Source of the DNA: an uncultured Acidobacteriaceae bacterium | GTDB taxonomy: Bacteria; Acidobacteriota; Terriglobia; Terriglobales; Acidobacteriaceae | Direction of reading: 5' to 3' | Assembly: GCA_963834205.1 (NCBI GenBank) | Contig: CAWIBI010000055.1 | Location: 162 to 64,161 of the forward strand | Length of the DNA: 64,000 nt | Shown here: positions 26,872 through 36,069 of the stretch, in pieces | Numbering within the stretch: position 1 is the first letter of the stretch | Layout of the letters: each line of letters opens with the position of its first letter | Translations under genes and position numbers: made by a program | The notes under the pieces: generated by a model | Told to the model about the DNA's origin: nothing | The model's input: only the letters and a program-made list of their open reading frames with translations | Databases searched by the model: none

Positions 26872-28451
26872 GGCTGTTTCGCTTGATGACAGGGCGCGGC
26901 TTCGCTCATCTGCCGGCCTAGTTGCGGAACAAGATTCTGCATGTCCGGGCTGTCTTCGCCGGCGGCTTTGCCGTGCATCGCCTCAAATTTTCTTATCTCC
27001 ACATCTGCAAGCTCGGGCTGCTTGTCTCTGCGATAAGCTTGCGCCAGGCGGTAATGGGCTTCGGCATTCCCTGGGTCCAATTGAATTGTCTCGCGCAGCT
27101 CGTTGGTGGCGCCGGCATAGTCGCCGGACTCCGCATAGAACACGCCGAGTTGAAAGTGCGCTGGGGCCAGCTTCGGGTCCTGGGCAACGGCGAGCCTCAA
27201 CTGCGATCGAATATCAGCGGAGGAGACAGAGTCGGGACTTACTCTTCGCTGCTTCCAGAGCGCGAGAGCGTAATCGTAATGCGCGACCGGGCTTTCAGGA
27301 TGTGCGACCACAAGCTCCGCGATCCGTCTCCGTATTTGCGTATCGGTCTCGGGGGAAACACCCGCGAGGGTTGCCAGAAATGAGTAAGACGGCAGATACT
27401 CCGGATCGACATCAATGGCATGCAGCAGTGACCGGATCGAGTCGATCCTGAGGTTCTGCAGATCTTGCGCGATTCCCCAGCCCATCCAAAGGCTCGCCGA
27501 GCCAGGATGAGCGACAGTCGCTGATCTAAAGAGCTTCGCCGCTCGATCGGCTGAGCCTAGCCCGATCAACCCGACGCCGCATGCGAAGATATTCTGTTCG
27601 CCGCCATCCATGTCTGCCGCCAATTGATATTCAGCAACCGCCTTCGGTGGGTTACCGGATGCCTTGTAGGCAAGTGCCAGGAGCCGATGGGGGACTGGAT
27701 TCCGGTTTTCATGCTCCGCCAGGCGCTGCAACAACGCGACTGCGTCGGAGTATTGGTTTGTTGCTATATAGGCCAGAGCCAGCTCACGGGAGTTGTTAGT
27801 GTCATCCGGTCTGGCGCTGGAAGCCAACTTAAGATAGTGGAGGCTCTGCATAAAATCGCTATGGGCGAAATAAAAAATCCCCAGCGCGTGGTTTGGGGCA
27901 AAGCTTTCGGGGTTTGTGTGGGCGGCCAGCAACAGATCAGCCTCTTTGTTGCACTCCGCCAGGCTTTCGCCGGGAGGCAATGCGGAGACAACCTCCTGAC
28001 CGAGGGCATCTACGCGATCCATCACCTGTGAAGCATCTTCCGCACTGGCGGCGGCAGAGTAGCCGCTTGGCGCGGTGGTTCCTTGAATTCCGGCAGCGCT
28101 AAAAGTTGGGGTAGGATTTGCTGCGAGAGACTTGAGGATAAAGTCTACGGTTTCAGTCGCGGATACGATAGTGACCGATTTTGTGTCCGATGGCTTGAAG
28201 CCGGTCAAGGTTGCCGTCAAGGTATACGTTCCATACGGTACGTTGTCCAGCTGGTACCTTCCATTCGCGCCGGTGACGACGATCCTCGGCGTTTCATTTG
28301 CCTGCGCTGCCGAGATACGGGCGCCAGGAAGATTTTGCCCGAGCGCGTTGCTGACCGCCCCTACGATCGTTCCCACTTGCTGCGCAGTTTGTGCTAAGGC
28401 GGCTATAGGGGCCATCGAAATGCCGAGCAGGATGAGCCAGCAAAGCTTCAT
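26868..28451 (-). CDS. Secreted CarboxypepD_reg-like domain + TPR protein
   Basis: The track ORF extends to 28619. The ATG at 28449-28451 gives MKLCWLILLGISMAPIAALAQ (signal) and overlaps the upstream stop as ATGA. GTIVGAVSNALGQNLPGARI...GRYQLDNVPYGTYTLTATLTGF is CarboxypepD_reg-like. The C-terminal half is TPR. Confidence 0.75.
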   Translation of the reverse strand: MKLCWLILLGISMAPIAALAQTAQQVGTIVGAVSNALGQNLPGARISAAQANETPRIVVTGANGRYQLDNVPYGTYTLTATLTGFKPSDTKSVTIVSATETVDFILKSLAANPTPTFSAAGIQGTTAPSGYSAAASAEDASQVMDRVDALGQEVVSALPPGESLAECNKEADLLLAAHTNPESFAPNHALGIFYFAHSDFMQSLHYLKLASSARPDDTNNSRELALAYIATNQYSDAVALLQRLAEHENRNPVPHRLLALAYKASGNPPKAVAEYQLAADMDGGEQNIFACGVGLIGLGSADRAAKLFRSATVAHPGSASLWMGWGIAQDLQNLRIDSIRSLLHAIDVDPEYLPSYSFLATLAGVSPETDTQIRRRIAELVVAHPESPVAHYDYALALWKQRRVSPDSVSSADIRSQLRLAVAQDPKLAPAHFQLGVFYAESGDYAGATNELRETIQLDPGNAEAHYRLAQAYRRDKQPELADVEIRKFEAMHGKAAGEDSPDMQNLVPQLGRQMSEAAPCHQAKQP

Positions 28452-31400
28452 TTCGTGCTGTCTACCTCCTGCAGTGCCTGGCGGATATCCGGGTTGTCCG
28501 GGTCCTTGACGAGATATTCGGAGAGTATCTGGTGAGCCTTCTGCGGCTTGCCGGCATTGAGATAAAGGGCGGCCATGTTCAGGTAAGGGCGGTCGTATGC
28601 CGGCGCCAACTGGCGGCACTGTTCGAAACGCTGCATGGCCTCGCCGTCATCGCCCATCTGCATAAGCACGACACCTAAGCCATTCAACGCCTCAACACTC
28701 CGCGGTTGAAGCTGAACGGCGCGGGCGAACTCGTTTTTCGCGCCCGGCAGATCTTTCAGCTCGACCAGCAGCATGGCCAATCCCTGGTGGAGATCTCCGT
28801 CCGAGGGGTCAATGGCTATCGCCTTCTGCAGCACCTGCTGCGCTTCATCCGGGTGACCCTGGAATTTATAAAGCTTTACCATGTTCTGCAGCGCCAGCAA
28901 GTGAGTGGGCTGCAGATTGACCGCCTGCTGGAAGTCATGCTGCGCACGGTCGTAATCTCCCTGTTGGCCATATACGACGCCCAGATTGTTCCAGGCATCC
29001 GCGTTGGTGGGGCCCAGTTCGACCGCCTTCTCCAGCGTAGTGCGCGCATCGTCAAAGTTTCCCTTGTTCAGATAGATTAGCCCGAGATTGTAATAGGCGG
29101 CTGCGTAGGATGGATTGCGGGCAATGGACTGTTGAAACGAGGTCAGGGCCTGATCGAGATAGCCGTATTGCAGAAAGGCGACTCCGTAGGTGAAGTAGTT
29201 ATGGTGTAACCCTTTTCCTAAATAACGGCCTTCGAAGGGCAAGGCGCGCCTGAGCCTGTCATCCATGGTGACAGGGGCGGAGAGCGAGTCGTTCAGCATG
29301 TGCGCGGGGTCGGTCGCGCCGCTGTATACCTTGAGCACCGCCCCTTGGCGGTCGAGCAGCAGCGAAGTGGGCAAAACCAGGTCGCGGCGCCGCTCGAAGA
29401 GATAGCGGTGGAAGATGTTGTAAATGGCGCTGGTGTTTTCATCAGCGACGAGGGTTGGGAAGGAGAAGCCTGCCGGCGAACCAGGATTGTCGACAGCTAC
29501 CGTAAGCAGGTTCAGGTTATTTCGCTGCCACTCGGGCCAGAGCTTTTGCATGGCCTCGAGTTGCTGCCGGCTCTCGCTACACCCGGACCTCCAGAACACC
29601 AGCACCAGGGGATGACCCTGGTTGTCAGCCAGGCTATGCAACGTGCCATGCTGGTCTTTCAGTTTGAAATCGGGGGCGAGTATTGGCTCAACGAGCCAAG
29701 TCTGAGTTGCTCCGGAGAGAGGATCCGAAGCGGGCGTGTGGGGAGATGGTGGGTGCGCGCGGAGGGGAGCAAATGGGCTGGCCGCGAAGCTCGACGAACC
29801 CTCTTGGATCTCGATCCGGTGACCGGGGGGGAGTTTCTCAAACACCTGCCTGGCGCCGCTTGGCCAAAGAATAGTGGCGCGCACCGACGTTGGTTCCGTT
29901 CCCAGACCGAAGCAGAGCACCTTGGAATGCTGCGAGAGATATCCTGAGCCCGCGCGGATGGAGTTCCTCTGCCGCCCTTGGGCGGTCTCCAGCTCGATCA
30001 CCGCGCCGATGGCATCGCGATTGCTCTTGGTCCCTTTGAGCGAGAAGCTGATAGTCGAACCGAGCGGGTTAAGTTGATTGTGCAGCATCCGGAGCTGTGG
30101 CGTATTTCGATTCTTGACCACAACTTCCAGGCGCCCGTCGTGGTCAAGGTCGGCCAGCGCAAAGGCACGGCTATCGTCAATGAAATCCAGGCCTAGAACT
30201 CCTGCTGCTTCAGTGAAACTCCCGTTTCGATTATTGACGTAGAAGTTATTTCGCTGATAACCACTCCAGGAATGATCCGAACGAATGAACTCATTGATGG
30301 CGCTCCAGGCATCTGCGTACTCTTTTGAGTCGCCGTTGGAAAGAGAGCGCGCGACGATCTGACGCCAGAAAAAACTCGAGAGATTATCTTTCTCGGGCCC
30401 GGAGATGAACCCGTTGGTTACGTAAAGGTCAGTAAAGCCGTCGTGATCGAAGTCCCATGCATCCGCAGACCACGACCAGCGTCCCAGGCGCGTTCCGGAC
30501 TCATCGGTCGCGTCGCGAAACCTTACGTTGGCTGCGTCGTTGTGAAACAGGGAATTGCCGTTGGCATGCTTGGCGTAGGTGCGGCGAACGCTCTCTGCCG
30601 CGTTGGGCAAAAATGGCTCCTGCGCCGTGATGCGCTTGCCGGCGGCTGACCACATGTTGGCGACATAGAGGTCGTCCAAGCCGTCGTTGTCGTAGTCGAA
30701 CCAGCAGACGCTCATGCCGGCGCCGGGATCTTCCACTCCGGCCTCGGCACTCACATCGACAAAGCTCCCATCACCTTGGTTGCGGTAGAGGTTTTTGCGG
30801 CCGAAATCATTCACCACGTAAAGGTCAGGCCAGCCGTCATTGTTGCAGTCGTTCCAGCCGCAGGCGAAGCTGTACCGATTGTTATTCTGGTCCATTCCCG
30901 AGGAGACGGTCACATCCTCAAAGGCATGGCCGCCACGGTTCTTCAAAAGGAAGTTGGCAGGACCGTTCTGCGCATCGTAGTAAGGCTTGGGGAATTCGTA
31001 TTCGCTGAGGCCCTGATAGTAGCTGTACAGGCAGAAGTAGACGTCGAGTAGACCGTCGCGATCGTAATCCGCCACGGCGAGACCGGTGAATGTGCCTTGC
31101 GGCTGCCGGGCAAAATGAAATGCATCAGGTTTTAATTCAAAGGTGCCGTCCCCGCGATTGACGAACAGCAGCGGGCCGCTGGTGCGCACGACGATCAGAT
31201 CCTGATGCCCGTTGTTGTTCAGGTCGGCGAAGAGCGCGCTGGAAGTTCCGTCGAGCACGCCCACACCTGCTTTGCCAGTAACATCGGTGAAGGTACCGTC
31301 GCCGCGATTGCGGTACAGCCGGTTGGGCAGGCCGGCAGGCTGGCAGACATAAAGATCGTCGAAGCCGTCGCCGTCAAAATCACCGGCACAGATCCCATTG

Positions 31401-32209
31401 TTGCCATAGATATCGATGCCGCTGGCTCCATCAAGTACGGTGCGCCAGTGGTCCAGGCCGTGCTGCATTTGTTCGTGGAACGACGGGTTACCGGCAAAGC
31501 ATGCCGCGGTGATATCCACGAAGCCGGCGCCTGTGAGCCGGCTGCGCAACTCGCTGGTGGCCGACCAGCGCAGAACGGACCATTTTTCCCCGGAGTCTTT
31601 CTCCCAGGTCAGCTGCCACTCTCCGGTGCGCTCTTCGCGCCGGTCGTCGACGAGCGTGCCCAGCAGATCGTAGTGGATAAGCGTCCTCAACCGTAGCGGG
31701 GCTGACGCCAGCACCTCGATGCCATCGATCTGCAGCTCGGCGACTTCCATCCTCCTGAAGGGTGCAAGATATTCATGCAGGCTCTGCACGAAAGCTGCGC
31801 CGCTCAGATGCTGCGGAGCGGGGAAGGTAGCCTGCTCAGATTGTAACGGCGGTTGCCGGCGCAAAGGCTTCACCGTTGGCTTGCCTAGCGAAGAAGCTTC
31901 GAGAGCCGGGGGAAGGAACGCTTGCACCGTTCGCAGTTCCGGGGTCGCGGCGCATAGGGAGTCTCGCCAGGTTTTCAGCGGAAGTTCAAGCTCAGCGGCA
32001 TACTTTTCCGTAATAAATGCGTCCGAACCTGGCCGTATCTGCTGCAAAAAACTGTCGATGAACGGCGCGTATCCAGACCCGGTATGAAGCAGGCAGGGCG
32101 AAGAAGATGTTTTGCCAAGCGCCCATAGCGGAAGCCCCTGGAAACGCGCCGCAACGAATATCCCCGCAGTGCTTGCGGCCTTCATGAAGTGTCGGCGTGA
32201 GAAGTACAC
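28448..32209 (-). CDS. Fusion protein: Tat signal + FG-GAP/VCBS repeats + ASPIC/UnbV + thioredoxin-fold redoxin (CxxS) + TPR array
   Basis: 1253-aa ORF. SRRHFMK is a Tat motif. Seven DxDxDG motifs (DFDGDGFDDLYVCQ ... DLDHDGRLEVVVKN). NRDAIGAVIELE...GSGYLSQHSKVLCFGLG is ASPIC/UnbV-like. APDFKLKDQHG...PLVLVFWRSGCSESRQQL...LLLDRQGAVLKVY is TlpA/redoxin-like. The C-terminal ~300 aa are TPR. Confidence 0.8.
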   Translation of the reverse strand: MYFSRRHFMKAASTAGIFVAARFQGLPLWALGKTSSSPCLLHTGSGYAPFIDSFLQQIRPGSDAFITEKYAAELELPLKTWRDSLCAATPELRTVQAFLPPALEASSLGKPTVKPLRRQPPLQSEQATFPAPQHLSGAAFVQSLHEYLAPFRRMEVAELQIDGIEVLASAPLRLRTLIHYDLLGTLVDDRREERTGEWQLTWEKDSGEKWSVLRWSATSELRSRLTGAGFVDITAACFAGNPSFHEQMQHGLDHWRTVLDGASGIDIYGNNGICAGDFDGDGFDDLYVCQPAGLPNRLYRNRGDGTFTDVTGKAGVGVLDGTSSALFADLNNNGHQDLIVVRTSGPLLFVNRGDGTFELKPDAFHFARQPQGTFTGLAVADYDRDGLLDVYFCLYSYYQGLSEYEFPKPYYDAQNGPANFLLKNRGGHAFEDVTVSSGMDQNNNRYSFACGWNDCNNDGWPDLYVVNDFGRKNLYRNQGDGSFVDVSAEAGVEDPGAGMSVCWFDYDNDGLDDLYVANMWSAAGKRITAQEPFLPNAAESVRRTYAKHANGNSLFHNDAANVRFRDATDESGTRLGRWSWSADAWDFDHDGFTDLYVTNGFISGPEKDNLSSFFWRQIVARSLSNGDSKEYADAWSAINEFIRSDHSWSGYQRNNFYVNNRNGSFTEAAGVLGLDFIDDSRAFALADLDHDGRLEVVVKNRNTPQLRMLHNQLNPLGSTISFSLKGTKSNRDAIGAVIELETAQGRQRNSIRAGSGYLSQHSKVLCFGLGTEPTSVRATILWPSGARQVFEKLPPGHRIEIQEGSSSFAASPFAPLRAHPPSPHTPASDPLSGATQTWLVEPILAPDFKLKDQHGTLHSLADNQGHPLVLVFWRSGCSESRQQLEAMQKLWPEWQRNNLNLLTVAVDNPGSPAGFSFPTLVADENTSAIYNIFHRYLFERRRDLVLPTSLLLDRQGAVLKVYSGATDPAHMLNDSLSAPVTMDDRLRRALPFEGRYLGKGLHHNYFTYGVAFLQYGYLDQALTSFQQSIARNPSYAAAYYNLGLIYLNKGNFDDARTTLEKAVELGPTNADAWNNLGVVYGQQGDYDRAQHDFQQAVNLQPTHLLALQNMVKLYKFQGHPDEAQQVLQKAIAIDPSDGDLHQGLAMLLVELKDLPGAKNEFARAVQLQPRSVEALNGLGVVLMQMGDDGEAMQRFEQCRQLAPAYDRPYLNMAALYLNAGKPQKAHQILSEYLVKDPDNPDIRQALQEVDSTK

Positions 32210-32457
32210 AGTTTCCCCGATCAGCGCAAAACATGCCGAAGATTACGCCGTCATTCCGCCGATCCCCGGCAGCCGGCATGCGGCCCCGTCTCGACATGGG
32301 AAAGGTTTACCACGCGGCGAAGTGGCGGTGCAATTGGCGCAAGAGCGGTGGCGAGCAAGGAAGACCCTTCAATCGTTTGCCGCCGTGTGGAGCGCCAGCT
32401 TCTCTCACTTTTGGCCCGAAGATTCCCCCAGGATTTGCTGCCTGATGACGATTTTGC

Positions 32458-32488
32458 TTGACACTCTTAGTCTCAATCCATTTAGATT
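32458..32488 (+). promoter_or_regulatory. Candidate sigma70-type promoter upstream of TBDR 32683
   Basis: Perfect TTGACA at 32458-32463. The best -10-like hexamer is TAGATT, at 19-nt spacing. It would give a leader of about 190 nt. Weak evidence. Confidence 0.25.
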
Positions 32489-32682
32489 CCGTCGTTAGTT
32501 AAACGCTAACTGTAACGAAAATGTAAAACGGAAAGGGATTTTTGTTCAAGACGAATCGATAGCGGCCACCCCACCATGCGTGGGTGGGTACCCAGGCCCA
32601 ACAGAGAGAAAGATGCGCGCCACCCGGATATTCGAGGCATGGCCGCCACTGACGGTAGTGTGTTCATTTTTGGAGGAGAGCA

Positions 32683-35600
32683 ATGTCCGGAAACATCTGC
32701 GGAACACGCGTATCAACCCGAAAAACTATTCCCCAACGGAGAACCGGAGAAGTTCCCATCCTGGTTATCTTCGCGGTATTCGCCGCGCTGCTCGCACTCC
32801 ATGCGACCCTGGTGTTCGGGCAGATCAACACCGCAACCTTGTCGGGGACCGTCAAGGATCCTACAGGCGCCGTGATCCCGGATGCGTCCGTGGTTGTGGT
32901 GCTGGCCGACACCGGAACGACGCGAACCGTGCAAACCAACGCGGCCGGTCTCTTCACTGTGCCGCTGTTGCAACCAGGCTCATACACGGTGACGATTTCA
33001 AAGGCGGGCTTCGAAAACGCGACAGAATCAAACATCGATTTGCAGGTTAACCAGTTGGCCAATCTCACCTTTACCCTGACCGTGGGCGCGGTGGGACAAA
33101 CGGTCACGGTGACCGGTGGGGCTCCCGTCCTGAACACAGAGACTGCCGGATTGGGGACGGTGATCGCAGAGAAGGAAATCCAGGATCTTCCTTTGAACGG
33201 GCGGCAGTTTATGCAACTGCTGCAGCTGGCGCCAGGAACGGTGCCCGTGAGCGTTTCTCAAGGCGCAGTCCCCGCGCTGGGCGGAAGCGGCTCAAATGTC
33301 ACCCCTGCGATCAACGGGGGCACGGGGCGCAGCAATCTCTTCTACGTCGATGGCATTTACGCGACCGACCCATTCTTCAGCACCCTCTCGATCAGCCCGT
33401 CGATCGATGCGATTCGCGAGTTCCAGGAACAGACCCACACCGACCAGGCGCAATTCGGCCAGTCCATCGGCAGCACGGTCAACCTGTCTACCAGAAGCGG
33501 GACCAACCAGTTCCATGGCAGCGCCTATGAGTTCTACCGGGATGCCGATTTGGCCGCCACTTCCTATTTCGCAACGGTCAAGGGCGGCTACAACCAAAAT
33601 CAGTTCGGCGGCACTTTTGGCGGCCCGATCATCCGCAACAAGCTGTTCTTCTTCGGCTTTTATGACGGGTATCGTCAGACGCAGGCAGCCAACAATTTCA
33701 CGATTCTGCCCACCAGCGCGGAGCTGGGTGGCGACTTCAGCGCGCTTCTCCCCACCACGGTCATCTACGATCCCACGACCTACAATGCGGTCACGGGGCA
33801 GACCCAGCCATTTGCCGGCAACATCATCCCGCAGGCCCGCTTGAATCAGGGCATCCTGGCCATGCTGAAGGAATATGTTCCGACCCCAACCTCCAGTGTG
33901 CCCAACGCCAACAACTTTGTGAACACCGCGAGCAGCACGCTGAACCAGGACCAATACAGCGTGCGTGTGGATTACAGCATTACTCCCAAGAATTTGTTGT
34001 TTGCCCGCTGGACGGTCAACAACGAGACGACCGTCAGTCCCGGAGGACTTCCGGTCAATCCGTTCGAAGAGGGCTTCAACGGGAACAACTCCGGAGCGAC
34101 CTGGGTGCATACCTTCTCCCCGAGCCTGGTGAGCCAGATTACCGGCGGCTACAACTCGATCTACATCCCGCAGCAATACGCTGAGCCGAACGCCGCCTCG
34201 CTCTTCAACACCGCCGGCTTCAGCGAGGGCTTCACCGACACCCCGGGCGGCATCCTGGTTCCCAAGACTCCCGGTTTGCACCCCAGCGGGTTTTTCGACC
34301 TTAACGCCGGCTGGGGGCCCATTGGGCCGCAGCGGCTCGGCCAGTTCTCCGGCTCGGCTAATAAGCAGATCGGCAGCCACGCGTTGATGTTCGGCGCGTC
34401 GTACTACATCACCCACATGTATACGAACTGGGCGGAAAACGACGTCTCCTTCAACCAGCAGGCCACATGGAATCCCTGCGGAACGGTATCGGCCGGCGCT
34501 TGCACAGGTGTGGGTGGGAACTCGATTGCCAGCATGCTGCTCGGCCTGCCTAACAGCGCAGGACGGCAACTGGGCAACGCCGGCGTGAACCTCCGCTCCC
34601 GGCTCGCGGGATTGTTCGTGCAGGACTCCTGGAAATTCCGGCCAAACCTTACCGTGAACTACGGGCTGCGTTGGGACTACACCGCTCCGGTGACCGAGGC
34701 CAACAACCGTCTTTCTGGTTTCGATATTCATACCAGCGAGTGGTATCTGCCAAAGAACGATGCGGATACCCCCAGCACCATTCCGGCCGGCGTGGTCATC
34801 CTAAACAGAAACAGCATCACCACACCGGATTACAGAAACTTCTCGCCACGCTTCGGCTTTGCCTATCAGGCTCGGCCCACAACCGTGGTGAGCCTTGGTG
34901 TCGGGGTGAGCTTCGACAACTGGTCGGGTGCGTTGCAGGCTGCGCAAAATGCTCGCGGCGCGTGGCCGTCAGGCTCTTCGCAAAACCCGGCCAACCTGAA
35001 CATAGCGGGTATTACGCCGGGTGCTACGGCGCAGAATCCCTTCGGCAACACAGCGCCGGTGATTCCCGCTTCGCCGTTTCCCAGCGGCGGCGGTTTTCTC
35101 GATACCGCATGGAAGGATGCTTACTCCTGGCAATGGAACCTGCAGGTACAACAACAGCTTAGAAATTCCGGCTTTTCAAGGTGGCCTATGTAGCCTCCTC
35201 TACCAGCCGTTCGCCGATTCAGGTGCCCTTCAATATTTCCACGCAGCTGGGGCCGACGCAGGTGTTGCCTTTTCCGCAGATGCAGTATGGATTCGGCATG
35301 CTCGCAGAGCATCGGGCACATGAGCTACAACGCGCTGCAGGCGCAGTATACAAAGCGCTACTCCAGCGGTCTTTCTGTGGTTAGCTCGTTTACCTGGTCG
35401 AAGAATATCAATGTAGGCTGCGCCGATTACTGGGAGGGATGCAACATTCAGGATCCGTATGACATGCGAAGCAACCGGGGCCCCGACAACGTCGATGTCC
35501 CGGTAGTGTTTACCTTCGCCTCTGTTTATGAGCTGCCCTTTGGGAAAGGCAAGACCTATGCCACCTCGGGAGTGCCATCGAAGGTGTTGGGGGGCTGGCA

Positions 35601-36030
35601 AGTGAATGGCATCATCGCTGCGCGCGGTGGAAGCCCTTTCACGCCGTCCATTAACTTCGACAACGCCAATGCCAATGGCGGCTCCCAGCGTCCGAATGTA
35701 GTGGGCACGACCACCGGGCCAAAAACCTTGAATGAGTACTTCAATACCTCCGCGTACACCCTGCCTGCGCGCTATACGTACGGCGACGCGGGGCGCAATA
35801 GCCTCCGCGGCCCAGGCTACACCGACGTAGATTTCTCGCTCTTCCGCACCTTCCCGCTTTTCGAACGGGCAAACCTGGAACTCAGAGGCGAGTCGTTCAA
35901 CGTTCTCAATCATCCGAATTTTGCCAACCCGGATGGAACGCTTGAGGATGCAAATTTTGGCAAGATAACCTCCATCAACGGCAGTAGCGCGCCAAGGGAG
36001 TTCCAACTCGCCGGGACGATCAGGTTCTAA
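32683..36030 (+). pseudogene. CarboxypepD_reg-type TonB-dependent receptor interrupted by two opposite frameshifts about 125 nt apart
   Basis: GGAGGAG RBS before ATG 32683. The frame is good to ...WQWNLQVQQQL and then stops at TAG 35191-35193. The family-like sequence VAYVASSTSRSPIQ...VLPFPQMQYGFG continues in another frame (35181-~35300). The original frame resumes with SIGHMSYNALQAQYTKRYSSGLSVVSSFTWSKNIN and ends ...LAGTIRF. Confidence 0.75.
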
Positions 36031-36069
36031 GCGCGACTGATTGGTTCGGGCTTAACTACGGGGAAGAGT

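Noticed and set aside
28452-28619. N-terminal extensions of several track ORFs. The affected ORFs are those with upstream ends at 28619, 15687, 42834, 55331 and 24157, and those starting at 38580 and 42482.
   Set aside because: In each case an internal start gives a canonical signal peptide and removes a long overlap with the neighbouring gene. The extensions read like out-of-frame or antisense translation of the neighbour.
32497-32511. AGTTAAACGCTAACT upstream of the second TBDR as a LacI-type operator.
   Set aside because: Only the outer 5 bp of each half are symmetric, and the centre is a single C rather than the CG dyad typical of LacI-family operators. It was kept out of the feature list.
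33292-34731. Long ORFs antisense to well-supported genes. Examples: 479 aa at 33292-34731 (-), 337 aa at 20712-21725 (+), 357 aa at 41497-42570 (+), 337 aa at 59371-60384 (-), 242 aa at 12293-13021 (-) and 194 aa at 5214-5798 (+).
   Set aside because: They lie opposite genes with clear family motifs. Their translations are Arg/Ala/Pro/Gly-rich and low in complexity, as expected for the antisense frame in GC-rich DNA. None has an RBS or a recognisable motif.
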